Shown: in pieces, positions 26,891 to 35,773 of the stretch
Layout: every line of letters begins with the position of its first letter
Position numbering within the stretch: the first letter of the stretch is position 1
Translations under genes and position numbers: made by a program
Source of the DNA: Candidatus Peregrinibacteria bacterium GW2011_GWF2_39_17
Lineage (GTDB): Bacteria; Patescibacteriota; Gracilibacteria; UBA1369; UBA12473
Direction of reading: 5' to 3'
Assembly (NCBI GenBank): GCA_000993615.1
Contig: LBWM01000001.1
Coordinates: forward strand, 23,970-87,969
Length of the DNA stretch: 64,000 bases
The notes under the pieces: model-generated
Database searches by the model: none
Told to the model about the DNA's origin: nothing
Seen by the model: the letters and a program-made list of their open reading frames with translations, nothing else

Positions 26891-28072
26891 ATGTTTCAAG
26901 AGATCATCCAGGTTCCGTGGGTTCAGCTCCTTATCGCAATTGGTTTAGCTACTTTGCCGGTTTTTATATGGATGAATTTTTTGTTTCAAAAGAAAGATGT
27001 CTCCAAAAAAACTCTTATTAAAGTGTTTTTATTTGGGGTTTTTTCCGTATTGCCCCTTTTAGGTATTCAATATATATGGCTATTTCATCCGGAATTTGAT
27101 GTTTATGAAATTGCGCAGAAAAGTGCAACCGATATTCACTTAGGTTTTTTATTTACTTTTATCGCTGTTGGTATTTTTGAGGAAATTACCAAATTTAATA
27201 TGCTAAGGCATCTTAAATGGGCCAAGGTTGAAATTAAAAGCATTAATGACGCTATGCGTTATATTTTGGTTATTGCTCTTGGGTTTGCGTTTACGGAAAA
27301 TATTCTTTATTTTTTGGATATTATTCGCACTGCTCATCTGGGGGAATTGTTTAGTGCCGTAGTGTTTAGAGCTATTTTTACAACTGCTGGGCACATGACT
27401 TTTTCTAGTATTGTGGCTTATTATTACGCTATTGGGAAATTCGGAAATCCTATTTTGGAATTAGATCGGTGGACTGGTCGTCAGCATAAATTTTTAGCTT
27501 ACTTACAGGAGAAATTAGGATTTAAGGAAAGTAATATTTTCCATATTCAACAAACCCTCGAAGGTTTATATCTCGCCATGGGCTTACATGCTTTATTTAA
27601 TTTTTCCTTGCAGATGAATAAACTTGGTTATGCTTTAGGAATCGTTATTTTGGGATTTATTTTAGTCCTTTATCTAGGGAAAAAACGCACCACCTATTTA
27701 GTGTTTACTGATGAGGAAAGAGCCAAGCCTTCTACTATTGGAGAAGCTGAAGAAAAAGTAGTCATTGAGCTTATGGGGATGTGGTTTAATGAGGGTAAAT
27801 ATAATGAAGTAATTGAAATTTGTGATCGGTTAGCTAAAAGAGATCCTGATAATAAAGTAGTTAAGCTTTTTAGGGCTAAAGCAGTGGATCAAAAAAAGAT
27901 TAAAAGGGTTAAAAGAGCAATTCATCTCCTTTTTTCTGAGGAGGATTATGATGTTGAAAAAGAAGAAATGAGCCTTTTTGAGCGCTTAAAAAAGACCCAA
28001 GAAGAAAAAAGCAGCTTATTATTAAGCCATCAGCCCGCAAAGCAGCAATCTGTTCCGCCAGTGATCGATTAA
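26891..28072 (+). CDS. PrsW-family intramembrane metalloprotease with a ~130-aa charged cytoplasmic tail
   Basis: Multi-TM core with EExxK (GIFEEITKF) and HxxxN (GLHALFNF) motifs. The tail contains a TPR-like unit (WFNEGKYNEVIEICDRLAKRDPDN) and Lys/Glu-rich sequence. Confidence 0.75.
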   Translation: MFQEIIQVPWVQLLIAIGLATLPVFIWMNFLFQKKDVSKKTLIKVFLFGVFSVLPLLGIQYIWLFHPEFDVYEIAQKSATDIHLGFLFTFIAVGIFEEITKFNMLRHLKWAKVEIKSINDAMRYILVIALGFAFTENILYFLDIIRTAHLGELFSAVVFRAIFTTAGHMTFSSIVAYYYAIGKFGNPILELDRWTGRQHKFLAYLQEKLGFKESNIFHIQQTLEGLYLAMGLHALFNFSLQMNKLGYALGIVILGFILVLYLGKKRTTYLVFTDEERAKPSTIGEAEEKVVIELMGMWFNEGKYNEVIEICDRLAKRDPDNKVVKLFRAKAVDQKKIKRVKRAIHLLFSEEDYDVEKEEMSLFERLKKTQEEKSSLLLSHQPAKQQSVPPVID

Positions 28073-28120
28073 ATAAAGTCTAAAGAGCTATTTAGGCTAA
28101 CGGAGTATGATCCGGGATCA

Positions 28121-29263
28121 TCAAAGAGAAGGTGTGTGAATGCGTGCTTCTTGCTTGGCAAAATCATCCGTCATCCCAGCTAAGTAATCTTTAATAACGA
28201 TTTCCGGGTTAATTCCATCTTTAATCTGTTTTTGTTCTTCTTTTGGAAGCAATTCATGGTTGGCATGATATCTGGCAAAAAGTATTTTTAAAGTTTTTTG
28301 TCCGTGGCGCGATATACTCAAGACTTGAGGGTGAAAATAAAGATGGTCAGTTAAAAATTTTTTCAATTCAGCATTCCATACAACCTGAGTGGGGCTAAAA
28401 GAAATTAATTTTTTTTTGCTTTTATAAACTTTTTCTAAAGAGTTAATGTTGTTTTTTTCTAAAATTAGATTGGAAAAATTAATCAAATCTTGAATCATTA
28501 ATCCGATCATGGTGCTTATTAGGCGCGCTTGCCTAATATTTGTTTGTCTAATACTCCCATACCTGTTATTAACTTGATCTTCCACTGCTTGCCAAATGGA
28601 CAATTTTCTAAGTTCTTTCTCGGTAATTAAGCCGGCTCGCAAGCCATCATCAATATCATGATTACTGTAAGCGATTTCATCCGCTAAATTTACGACTTGA
28701 GCTTCAAGGCTGGTACTGTGGAATTTGGAGGTTTTTTGATCCCAAGGGCTTTGGTGTTTTAAAAGTCCTTGTCTGACCTCAAATGACAAATTCAATCCTG
28801 AAAAATCCGGATAAACATTTTCTAAAATTTCCACAATTCTTTTGCTTTGTTGATTATGTTCAAAATGTAAACCAAAAGGACGTAAAATTTCATCAAGTGC
28901 CTCCTGGCCGGCATGGCCAAAAGGAGTATGTCCTAGGTCGTGAGCCAGGGCGATGGTTTCCGCTAAATCCTCATTTAAACCCAAAGAGCGAGCAAGATCG
29001 CGGCTTATTTGAGCCACTTCTAGGCTATGAGTTAGGCGAGTGCGATAATGATCCCCGTAGTGCGCTACAAAAACCTGAGTTTTCATCTTAAGCCGTCGAA
29101 AAGCTCGGCAATGGATAATCCGATCGCGGTCTTTTTGAAAAGGAAGGCGAGTTAAATCTTCGTTTTCTTGATATTCTCTCCCCCGTGAATCCTTGCTTTT
29201 AACTGCATAAGGGGCTAGTACTTGATTCTCAATTATGATAAGTTTATCTCGGTCATAAATCAT
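28121..29263 (-). CDS. dgt: dGTP triphosphohydrolase-like HD-domain protein
   Basis: THSLEVAQISRDLA and ALAHDLGHTPFGHAGQ HD motifs. YSNHDIDDGLRAG. Start taken at MIYDRDKL (ATG 29261-29263); the ORF track extends to 29299. Confidence 0.85.
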   Translation of the reverse strand: MIYDRDKLIIIENQVLAPYAVKSKDSRGREYQENEDLTRLPFQKDRDRIIHCRAFRRLKMKTQVFVAHYGDHYRTRLTHSLEVAQISRDLARSLGLNEDLAETIALAHDLGHTPFGHAGQEALDEILRPFGLHFEHNQQSKRIVEILENVYPDFSGLNLSFEVRQGLLKHQSPWDQKTSKFHSTSLEAQVVNLADEIAYSNHDIDDGLRAGLITEKELRKLSIWQAVEDQVNNRYGSIRQTNIRQARLISTMIGLMIQDLINFSNLILEKNNINSLEKVYKSKKKLISFSPTQVVWNAELKKFLTDHLYFHPQVLSISRHGQKTLKILFARYHANHELLPKEEQKQIKDGINPEIVIKDYLAGMTDDFAKQEARIHTPSL

Positions 29264-29323
29264 AGGGAATTCACTATAACATATTGCCCCAAAAATCATT
29301 ATCGAATCTTCAATATTTTGATT

Positions 29324-31063
29324 ATGCGCCTTATATTTCGAAAAACATTGGTTGTCTTAATAATGGGAGCGCTACTCAGCTCAAATTTTGGGGTTTTAGT
29401 GCAAGCTCAAAATTCAGTTACTTTGGGTTCCCTACAAGAAAATATCAATTATTTATTTCCGGGAGCGGATTATGTTTTTGGATTAGAAAGTCATTCTACT
29501 TGGCGCGAATTATCGCGGGTAAATATGGTCGAAACATCAGGAATTGAAGTAACTTACGAAGCCATTTTTGATCAGGCCCCTAATCAAAGTGAGGAGTTGC
29601 CGACTATTAATGTTTATTTAATATCCGCTGTTTCGCAGGATGCGGCCGCAGTCCAATTTTCTACCTGGGCAAATAGCAGTCAATTTAAAAATGGGAAATG
29701 GCAAAAAATAACGGAAGGAAAAGATTATTTTACTTATTATGCCGGTTCTGGAAGCGATAACGACCTGATTAAATATCGCTCTCTCGAAGAAGGCAGTCTT
29801 CATCTTGTGAGTTATTACGATAATATTTTAATGGTGGTGAATTTTTATCGTACTTCCGGTCAATATTTAAGAAATAATGTTTCGGCTTATTTAGGATATT
29901 TAGATGATGAGGATGGTACTTTGTCGGTCCTCAATGAAATTGTGGTGTATTGTGAAGAGGCTCTTAAATTTTATTTAGGGACCACTTTTTCTTTAGATAG
30001 TCCCTCGGATTACGAGTATTTTTTAAAGGATGCTCAATCTAATTATCCGTTAAGTGAAAATTTTGATATTCCCCTAAACGGAAGTTTGTCTTTTGATGTT
30101 TCTTTGAATGACGCTTCGGAAATAGGGCAGATTTTAAGTATGAATAATCCTAGTAAATCGTCTGATGTTGGGATTCTCTCCTTAGGCCTTGACCAAAACG
30201 CGATTGCGAAATTGCGTTTTTATGATCCCATTCAAAATTCTAGCTGTCGTGATGCTCAGGGCTGGCACCAACTTTCAACTATAACACCTCTTGGTTTATA
30301 CGAATGGCAAAATATTGAAATTCGCTATGGAATGGTTGATGGGCTAAGTTTTTGGCTCAATGGAGAGAAACAGGGCTCCTGCGATTTAGTTACTGCCCGA
30401 TCCAATAAGGCTATTTATTTGGGTGATTATCCAAGCGACGGAGCAGCGGATAGTTTTGTGGGCTATGTAAAAAATATCAAAACTGGTTTTAGTAGGGATG
30501 ATAGTGGCAATATTATCGACTCGGAACTAATTTTTAAAGATGTTGGGATTTATCATCCGCATGCTCCGGCTATTCAAGCCATGAAAGATCAACAAATCAT
30601 GGTTGGTTATGAAGATGGGACTTTTCGTCCAGAGAAAGAAGTAAATCGAGCTGAAATTTTAAAAATATTATTATTGGGCTTTGATTATAAAATCCCTGCT
30701 AATGACTCCACTAAGTATTTTAAGGATTTAGAGGAAGGAGCTTGGTATTTATCCTATCTTAATTATGCAGTTTCTAAGGGGATAATTAGTGGCTATCCCG
30801 ATGGTACTTATCAACCAGGGAATACAGTTAATAGGGTTGAATTTTTAAAAATTCTAGCCAATGCTTATGGCTTAAATCTTACAGATTACCCTCTTACCAG
30901 CCTTTATCTTGATGTTTCTAAGGATGACTGGTTTGCAGTTTATGTGCAGTATGCCAAAGACCATAATTTAATGGATCCGGACTTAAATAATAATTTTAAC
31001 CCCGGTGAGCCCGTAACCAGAGCCGAAGTGTCCGAGACGATTTATCGGTTGCTTTTTAATTAA
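29324..31063 (+). CDS. Secreted SLH-domain protein with a LamG/concanavalin-like central region
   Basis: Signal peptide MRLIFRKTLVVLIMGALLSSNFGVLVQAQN (ATG 29324). LSFWLNGEKQGSC...IYLGDYPSDG is LamG-like. Three C-terminal SLH repeats (FKDVGIYHPHAPAIQAM.., FKDLEEGAWYLSYLNYAV.., YLDVSKDDWFAVYVQYA..). Confidence 0.8.
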   Translation: MRLIFRKTLVVLIMGALLSSNFGVLVQAQNSVTLGSLQENINYLFPGADYVFGLESHSTWRELSRVNMVETSGIEVTYEAIFDQAPNQSEELPTINVYLISAVSQDAAAVQFSTWANSSQFKNGKWQKITEGKDYFTYYAGSGSDNDLIKYRSLEEGSLHLVSYYDNILMVVNFYRTSGQYLRNNVSAYLGYLDDEDGTLSVLNEIVVYCEEALKFYLGTTFSLDSPSDYEYFLKDAQSNYPLSENFDIPLNGSLSFDVSLNDASEIGQILSMNNPSKSSDVGILSLGLDQNAIAKLRFYDPIQNSSCRDAQGWHQLSTITPLGLYEWQNIEIRYGMVDGLSFWLNGEKQGSCDLVTARSNKAIYLGDYPSDGAADSFVGYVKNIKTGFSRDDSGNIIDSELIFKDVGIYHPHAPAIQAMKDQQIMVGYEDGTFRPEKEVNRAEILKILLLGFDYKIPANDSTKYFKDLEEGAWYLSYLNYAVSKGIISGYPDGTYQPGNTVNRVEFLKILANAYGLNLTDYPLTSLYLDVSKDDWFAVYVQYAKDHNLMDPDLNNNFNPGEPVTRAEVSETIYRLLFN

Positions 31064-31099
31064 TTTTTTTGGTAAAAAAACAGTGTCGCAAGCTTTTTT

Positions 31100-32011
31100 A
31101 TGCTTCTTTCTTCCTTAATTAACCGTTTTCTCGAGCACGCTGAAATTGCTAAAAATCAATCTCCTAAAACCATTCAAAATTACCAACATTATTTGGGACG
31201 ATTTTTGAAGTGGTATGGGGATCAAAATCCCCAAAATATTACCTTGGATGTTATTCATCGCTATCGTCTTTTTTTGAATCGCTATGAAGATGATCGTGGT
31301 CGAACTTTATCTTCTAAAACTCAAAATTACCATTTGATTGCTTTGCGCGCTTTTCTTAAATATTTATCCAGAAACGATATTCCTTCTTTAGCTCCAGAAA
31401 AAATAGAGCTTGGTAAAATCCCAGAACGCACCGTAGAGTTTTTAACCAGGGAAGAACTAGAAAGGTTGTTAAGCAGTATTAATTTAGGTGCGGCTAATGG
31501 TTTAAGGAATAGAGCCATTTTGGAAACTCTTTTTTCTACTGGTTTGCGCGTCAGCGAATTGGCTAATCTTAATCGCGATCAGGTTGATTTAAAAAGGCGC
31601 GAATTTATGGTTCGAGGCAAGGGGCGCAAACCCCGAATTGTTTTTTTGTCTGCAAGATGTGCTGTTTGGCTTTCTGAATATTTAAAAGTACGTCAAGATA
31701 ATTGGAAGCCTTTATTTATTAGCAGTGGCCGCAAAAGAAGTAACGACGAGTTGGATTTTCACGAAAAAAGAAGGCTTACCACGGTTTCCATGGAGAATAT
31801 TGTGCGTAAAGCTGCACTCCTGGCCGGTATTATTAAAAAAGTTACGCCGCACACTTTGCGCCATTCTTTTGCCACTAATTTATTGTTTAATGGCGCTGAT
31901 ATAAGGTCAGTTCAGGATATGCTTGGGCACGCTTCCATCACTACCACACAAATTTATACCCATCTCACCAATAAACAGCTTCGCGAAGTGCACGAAAAGT
32001 ATCATCAATAA
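31100..32011 (+). CDS. Tyrosine site-specific recombinase, XerC/XerD family
   Basis: N-terminal SAM-like domain. ETLFSTGLRVSEL (catalytic Arg), HTLRHSFATNLL, GHASITTTQIYTH (catalytic Tyr). Confidence 0.88.
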   Translation: MLLSSLINRFLEHAEIAKNQSPKTIQNYQHYLGRFLKWYGDQNPQNITLDVIHRYRLFLNRYEDDRGRTLSSKTQNYHLIALRAFLKYLSRNDIPSLAPEKIELGKIPERTVEFLTREELERLLSSINLGAANGLRNRAILETLFSTGLRVSELANLNRDQVDLKRREFMVRGKGRKPRIVFLSARCAVWLSEYLKVRQDNWKPLFISSGRKRSNDELDFHEKRRLTTVSMENIVRKAALLAGIIKKVTPHTLRHSFATNLLFNGADIRSVQDMLGHASITTTQIYTHLTNKQLREVHEKYHQ

Positions 32012-32071
32012 GATGAATTTTTTTAGGAGTGATGGCTTGCTCAAAATTAATTGGACGGATATCATAAATTC

Positions 32072-32797
32072 ATGATTTATTTTCAAGATGTTTCGGTCAA
32101 TTACGGGAAACAGCCGGTACTCCTTAATTTTAATTTGGAAATTGGTGGGCAGGAATTTGTGAGTATTGTGGGACATTCTGGCGCTGGAAAATCAACCCTA
32201 ATTAAGGCTTTAATTGGGGCAGTTCCCTTATTTCAAGGAGCAATTCAGGTCGATGGTTACGACATTACTAAATTTGATTTTGAAACTTTGCAGGAATATC
32301 GCCGTAAAATAGGGGTAGTTTTTCAAGATTATAAGCTTTTAGAAAAAAAAACCGTATATGAAAATGTGGCTTTTGCTTTGGAAGTTTGCGGGCTTAAAGA
32401 GGAGGATATTAGGGAACGCGTTTACGAAGTCTTGGGTAAGGTTGGCATGTTGGAGCACACTAATCGCTTTCCGCACGAATTAGCTGGTGGCGAGATTCAG
32501 AGGGTGGCTATTGCTAGAGCACTGGTACATTATCCTAAACTTTTTATTGCGGATGAGCCCACTGGTAATTTGGATTACTGGAAAGCCAGGGAAATTTTGG
32601 CTATTTTAACTGAACTAAATGCCGGAGGTGTAACCGTGATTTTAGCCACGCATAATCGCGAATTGGTTGATGAGCTTAATCAGCGGGTTGTAACCTTAAA
32701 AGATGGACGTTTAATTTCGGATAAACAAAACAGCGGCTACGAACTTGATTTGTTGCGTGAAGCCGCTGGTGAGGTAGAAATTATTATTGGAGAGTAA
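32072..32797 (+). CDS. ftsE: Cell-division ABC ATPase FtsE-like
   Basis: MIYFQDVSVNYG. Walker A GHSGAGKST. Signature LAGGEIQRVAIARAL. Walker B LFIADEPTGNLD. ATG at 32072; the ORF track starts at the TTG at 32051. Confidence 0.8.
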   Translation: MIYFQDVSVNYGKQPVLLNFNLEIGGQEFVSIVGHSGAGKSTLIKALIGAVPLFQGAIQVDGYDITKFDFETLQEYRRKIGVVFQDYKLLEKKTVYENVAFALEVCGLKEEDIRERVYEVLGKVGMLEHTNRFPHELAGGEIQRVAIARALVHYPKLFIADEPTGNLDYWKAREILAILTELNAGGVTVILATHNRELVDELNQRVVTLKDGRLISDKQNSGYELDLLREAAGEVEIIIGE

Positions 32798-32802
32798 AAG
32801 GT

Positions 32803-33084
32803 TTATACCTCGATACCTTTTAGAGTAGCCTCGATTAAGCCTTTGGCGCACTGTGCCCGCGCTTTGAGGCCTTTTTCTAACATATCTTCACTTTCAGTAG
32901 TTACTCCTCTACCACCCGTTTCGCTAAATGGTGCAGTTTGTAATCCTTTCAATGCTCCAGCTAAGCAATCTGTTGTGGCTTTCAAGGTTTCACTGCAATC
33001 AGGACATACCTTGGCTGATTTTTTTACGGCTGATTCTTCTACCCCCTCAAGAGAGTTAAGAGAGTTAGGTGATTCTGCGGTCAT
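32803..33084 (-). CDS. small hypothetical helical protein with four Cys (93 aa)
   Basis: ORF is convergent with ftsE. Preferred over the overlapping plus-strand ORF 32843..33091 because its sequence looks helical and protein-like (CPDCSETLKATTDCLAGALKGL...ARAQCAKGLIEATLKG). No family recognised. Confidence 0.4.
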   Translation of the reverse strand: MTAESPNSLNSLEGVEESAVKKSAKVCPDCSETLKATTDCLAGALKGLQTAPFSETGGRGVTTESEDMLEKGLKARAQCAKGLIEATLKGIEV

Positions 33085-33239
33085 GTTTTAGTTTTTTAAA
33101 GGATAAGTTCTTATTATAAAAATTTATCAATATTTGTCAAGGTTATTTTTTTTATTAGTTTAATTATCAGTAGTCCCGAAGCCAAATTGCAGTATTATAA
33201 GTGTAATTGAGTTATTTTTTCTAAAATTAATTAAATTTT

Positions 33240-34364
33240 ATGCCTATTCGTCTTACTAAAAATAATCTTAAAATCAAATTCTCTAAATCTACCTATAAAA
33301 AAGCTGGTGTTGATATTCAAGCCGGCGATAGCGCTTCCAAAAGAGCCTATAAAGCCGCTTTATCGACTCACGTTGGCCGTAAGGGCATGTTTGCTTGTCC
33401 TCTTAAACTTGAAGGAGGTTTTACTGGGGCTCTTGATTGCGGAGATTTTCTTTTGGTGCAAAATGACGATGGTGTTGGCAGTAAAATGATGGTGGCTGAA
33501 CAAATGAACCGTTTTGATACCATTGGTTATGATCTATTGGCTATGGTTTGCGACGATGCGATTTGTGTTGGTGCCGAGGTTTTGTCCATTACCAATACCA
33601 TTGATGTTAAACAGATTGATCGCACTAAAATTGCCGCCATGATGGATGGTTTGGCTCAGGCTTGTCGTGAGCAATCAATTGTTATTGCGGGTGGGGAAAT
33701 TGCAGAGCTTAAAGATCAAATTAAAAACATGGTTTGGAATGCTTGCGCTGTTGGTATTGTGGAAAAGCAAAAATTTATTACTGGCATGCACGTCCGTCCT
33801 GGTGACAAAATTATTGGGTTTCAGAGTAGGGGTTTTAGGTCTAATGGGTTTTCTTTGATTCGCTACATTCTTAAAAAAGCTTATGGTGAAAATTGGCATC
33901 GACACAAATTTAATAATTCAAATACCTGGGGGGAAATGGTTTTAACCCCTTCTCGTATTTATCATGCCTGCATTTTGGATATGGTCGGAAGATTTCGTAA
34001 GGGGGAAGCTAAAATTCATCCTAAGGCTATTGTGCATAACACTGGCGGCGGGCTTCCTGGAAATTTAGCTCGCATTGTGGACAAAGTTGGACGAGGCGCC
34101 TTTATTAATCATCCTTTTCCAGCTCATGCTGCCATGTTAGAACTTCAAAAACTTGGTAATGTTGATGATGAAGAAGCTTACCGTACCTGGAACATGGGAA
34201 TTGGGATGATGATGGTGGTTGATGGATCTCAAACCAAAGAAGCTATTGAAATTGCCCGCAAGCACAATGTCCCAGCTCAAATTATTGGTGAAATTACATC
34301 TGAACCAGGGATTCAGGTCGTAAGTCAGGGGTATTTCAAAAAGGGTTTACAATTAAGTTTTTAA
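33240..34364 (+). CDS. purM: Phosphoribosylformylglycinamidine cyclo-ligase (AIR synthase)
   Basis: YKKAGVDIQAGD, NDDGVGSKMMVAE, NTGGGLPGNL. PurM-like length with an ~18-aa N-terminal extension. Confidence 0.85.
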   Translation: MPIRLTKNNLKIKFSKSTYKKAGVDIQAGDSASKRAYKAALSTHVGRKGMFACPLKLEGGFTGALDCGDFLLVQNDDGVGSKMMVAEQMNRFDTIGYDLLAMVCDDAICVGAEVLSITNTIDVKQIDRTKIAAMMDGLAQACREQSIVIAGGEIAELKDQIKNMVWNACAVGIVEKQKFITGMHVRPGDKIIGFQSRGFRSNGFSLIRYILKKAYGENWHRHKFNNSNTWGEMVLTPSRIYHACILDMVGRFRKGEAKIHPKAIVHNTGGGLPGNLARIVDKVGRGAFINHPFPAHAAMLELQKLGNVDDEEAYRTWNMGIGMMMVVDGSQTKEAIEIARKHNVPAQIIGEITSEPGIQVVSQGYFKKGLQLSF

Positions 34365-34428
34365 ACCCTCTTAATTTTTTCATAAAAAGTTTAGAAAAAG
34401 GTCATGACTAGTGTGCTAATCTGGAGGC

Positions 34429-35325
34429 ATGATTTCTTTTCAAACCTTAAAAATCAACGATTCTCTTTATCCAGATGCGCTTCAGCAGCTTCGCGATGCG
34501 CCGCCTTTGCTTTATGCCCGCGGCAACCTAAGTTTACTTAAAAGCACCTGTTTTGCCATTGTTGGCACGCGAGCCAACACGGACTACGGCCAGGCCATGG
34601 CCGCTTATTTTACCAAAGGCCTGCTTAGCTACGGGTTTACGATTGTGAGTGGCTTGGCTTACGGTATTGACGCTGCGGTGCATCGCGCTGTTGTAGAGGC
34701 AGGAGGGAAAACTATTGCGGTGCTGGGAAATGGCATTGATACCATTCATCCTGCTCGTCATCAACATCTGGCTCAGGATATTTTGCGCCAAAACGGACTT
34801 ATTTTTAGCGAATACGGCCCGGGCGCCGGTATTCGCAATTATTTTTTCCCTAAACGCAATCGTCTTATTAGTGGTATCTCAATTGGCACCTTGATTATTG
34901 AGGCTCCGCAAAAATCTGGCGCCCTGATTACGGCCCGTTGCGCTTTTGAGCAAAATCGGGATGTTTTCGCTGTCCCCGGAGATTTGTCCAGACACACTTT
35001 TCAGGGTAATCACTCCTTAATTAGTAGTGATATGGCTCGCCTTGTCCGGACACCAGAAGATATTATTAGCCATTTGAGTCATCAACCGAAACTAGTTTTA
35101 AAAAATGTGATCCATCACCCTAAAACCCAGCTTAAATTAGTTACCGTGGCTCAGAAAAATCTATGGGAAATTTTTTCTTTTCATCCGCAAAGTATTGAGG
35201 ATTTACTCGCAAAGTCCAGGCTTTCAATTGAAGAATGCTTAGTCGCGCTTTCTTATTTTGAATTAAAAGGTTATATCCGCCAGGAAAGTAATCAAAAATT
35301 TTGCAAAATAAGCGAAATAGATTAG
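34429..35325 (+). CDS. dprA: DNA-processing protein DprA
   Basis: AIVGTRANTDYG, SGLAYGIDAAVHRA, SGALITARCAFEQNRDVFAVPG, C-terminal winged-helix-like tail. GGAGG SD at 34423-34427. Confidence 0.88.
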   Translation: MISFQTLKINDSLYPDALQQLRDAPPLLYARGNLSLLKSTCFAIVGTRANTDYGQAMAAYFTKGLLSYGFTIVSGLAYGIDAAVHRAVVEAGGKTIAVLGNGIDTIHPARHQHLAQDILRQNGLIFSEYGPGAGIRNYFFPKRNRLISGISIGTLIIEAPQKSGALITARCAFEQNRDVFAVPGDLSRHTFQGNHSLISSDMARLVRTPEDIISHLSHQPKLVLKNVIHHPKTQLKLVTVAQKNLWEIFSFHPQSIEDLLAKSRLSIEECLVALSYFELKGYIRQESNQKFCKISEID

Positions 35326-35430
35326 AACTTGCAATCAATTGATCTCATATTTTAAGTCTTCCAAAAAAAAGGGTTTTTTTGAGTAGGAAATAATGATATA
35401 ATATTAAGATTTTTTAATTTAAATTATTTA

Positions 35431-35757
35431 ATGGCTACCTCTTTGCAATCAGCGCTTAAGGTTTCAACCTTGCTTACCCCTGAGATGAGACAAGTTATTT
35501 TAGCTGCTATTCCTAAATTAAGTGTCACGCAGATCCAAAAAATTACCACTTTATTGCTTGAGAGCGAGAATCAAGCTCGGGTAATTTTGAGGCAAAAAAA
35601 AGCTAAAGAGGAGGAAATTAATCAGCAATATCTTAAGAAAATTAAACATTTTTTTCAGTTTGGACTACCTATTATGATGCGCGATTTTGAGCAAGAGGAC
35701 AAAACAAAAGAAGAAGTAGAATTAGATGGGCTTTTATCAAAATTAGAAAATATTTAA
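35431..35757 (+). CDS. hypothetical protein (108 aa, helical and charged)
   Basis: ORF only. It ends 16 nt upstream of the next ORF. Confidence 0.5.
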   Translation: MATSLQSALKVSTLLTPEMRQVILAAIPKLSVTQIQKITTLLLESENQARVILRQKKAKEEEINQQYLKKIKHFFQFGLPIMMRDFEQEDKTKEEVELDGLLSKLENI

Positions 35758-35773
35758 AATAAAAAAAACTAAA

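Noticed and set aside
32843-33091. 82-aa plus-strand ORF overlapping the 93-aa minus-strand ORF
   Set aside because: Only one of the two can reasonably be coding. The minus-strand product looks like a helical protein with paired Cys, while the plus-strand product is Ser/Pro/Leu-rich. Neither is certain.
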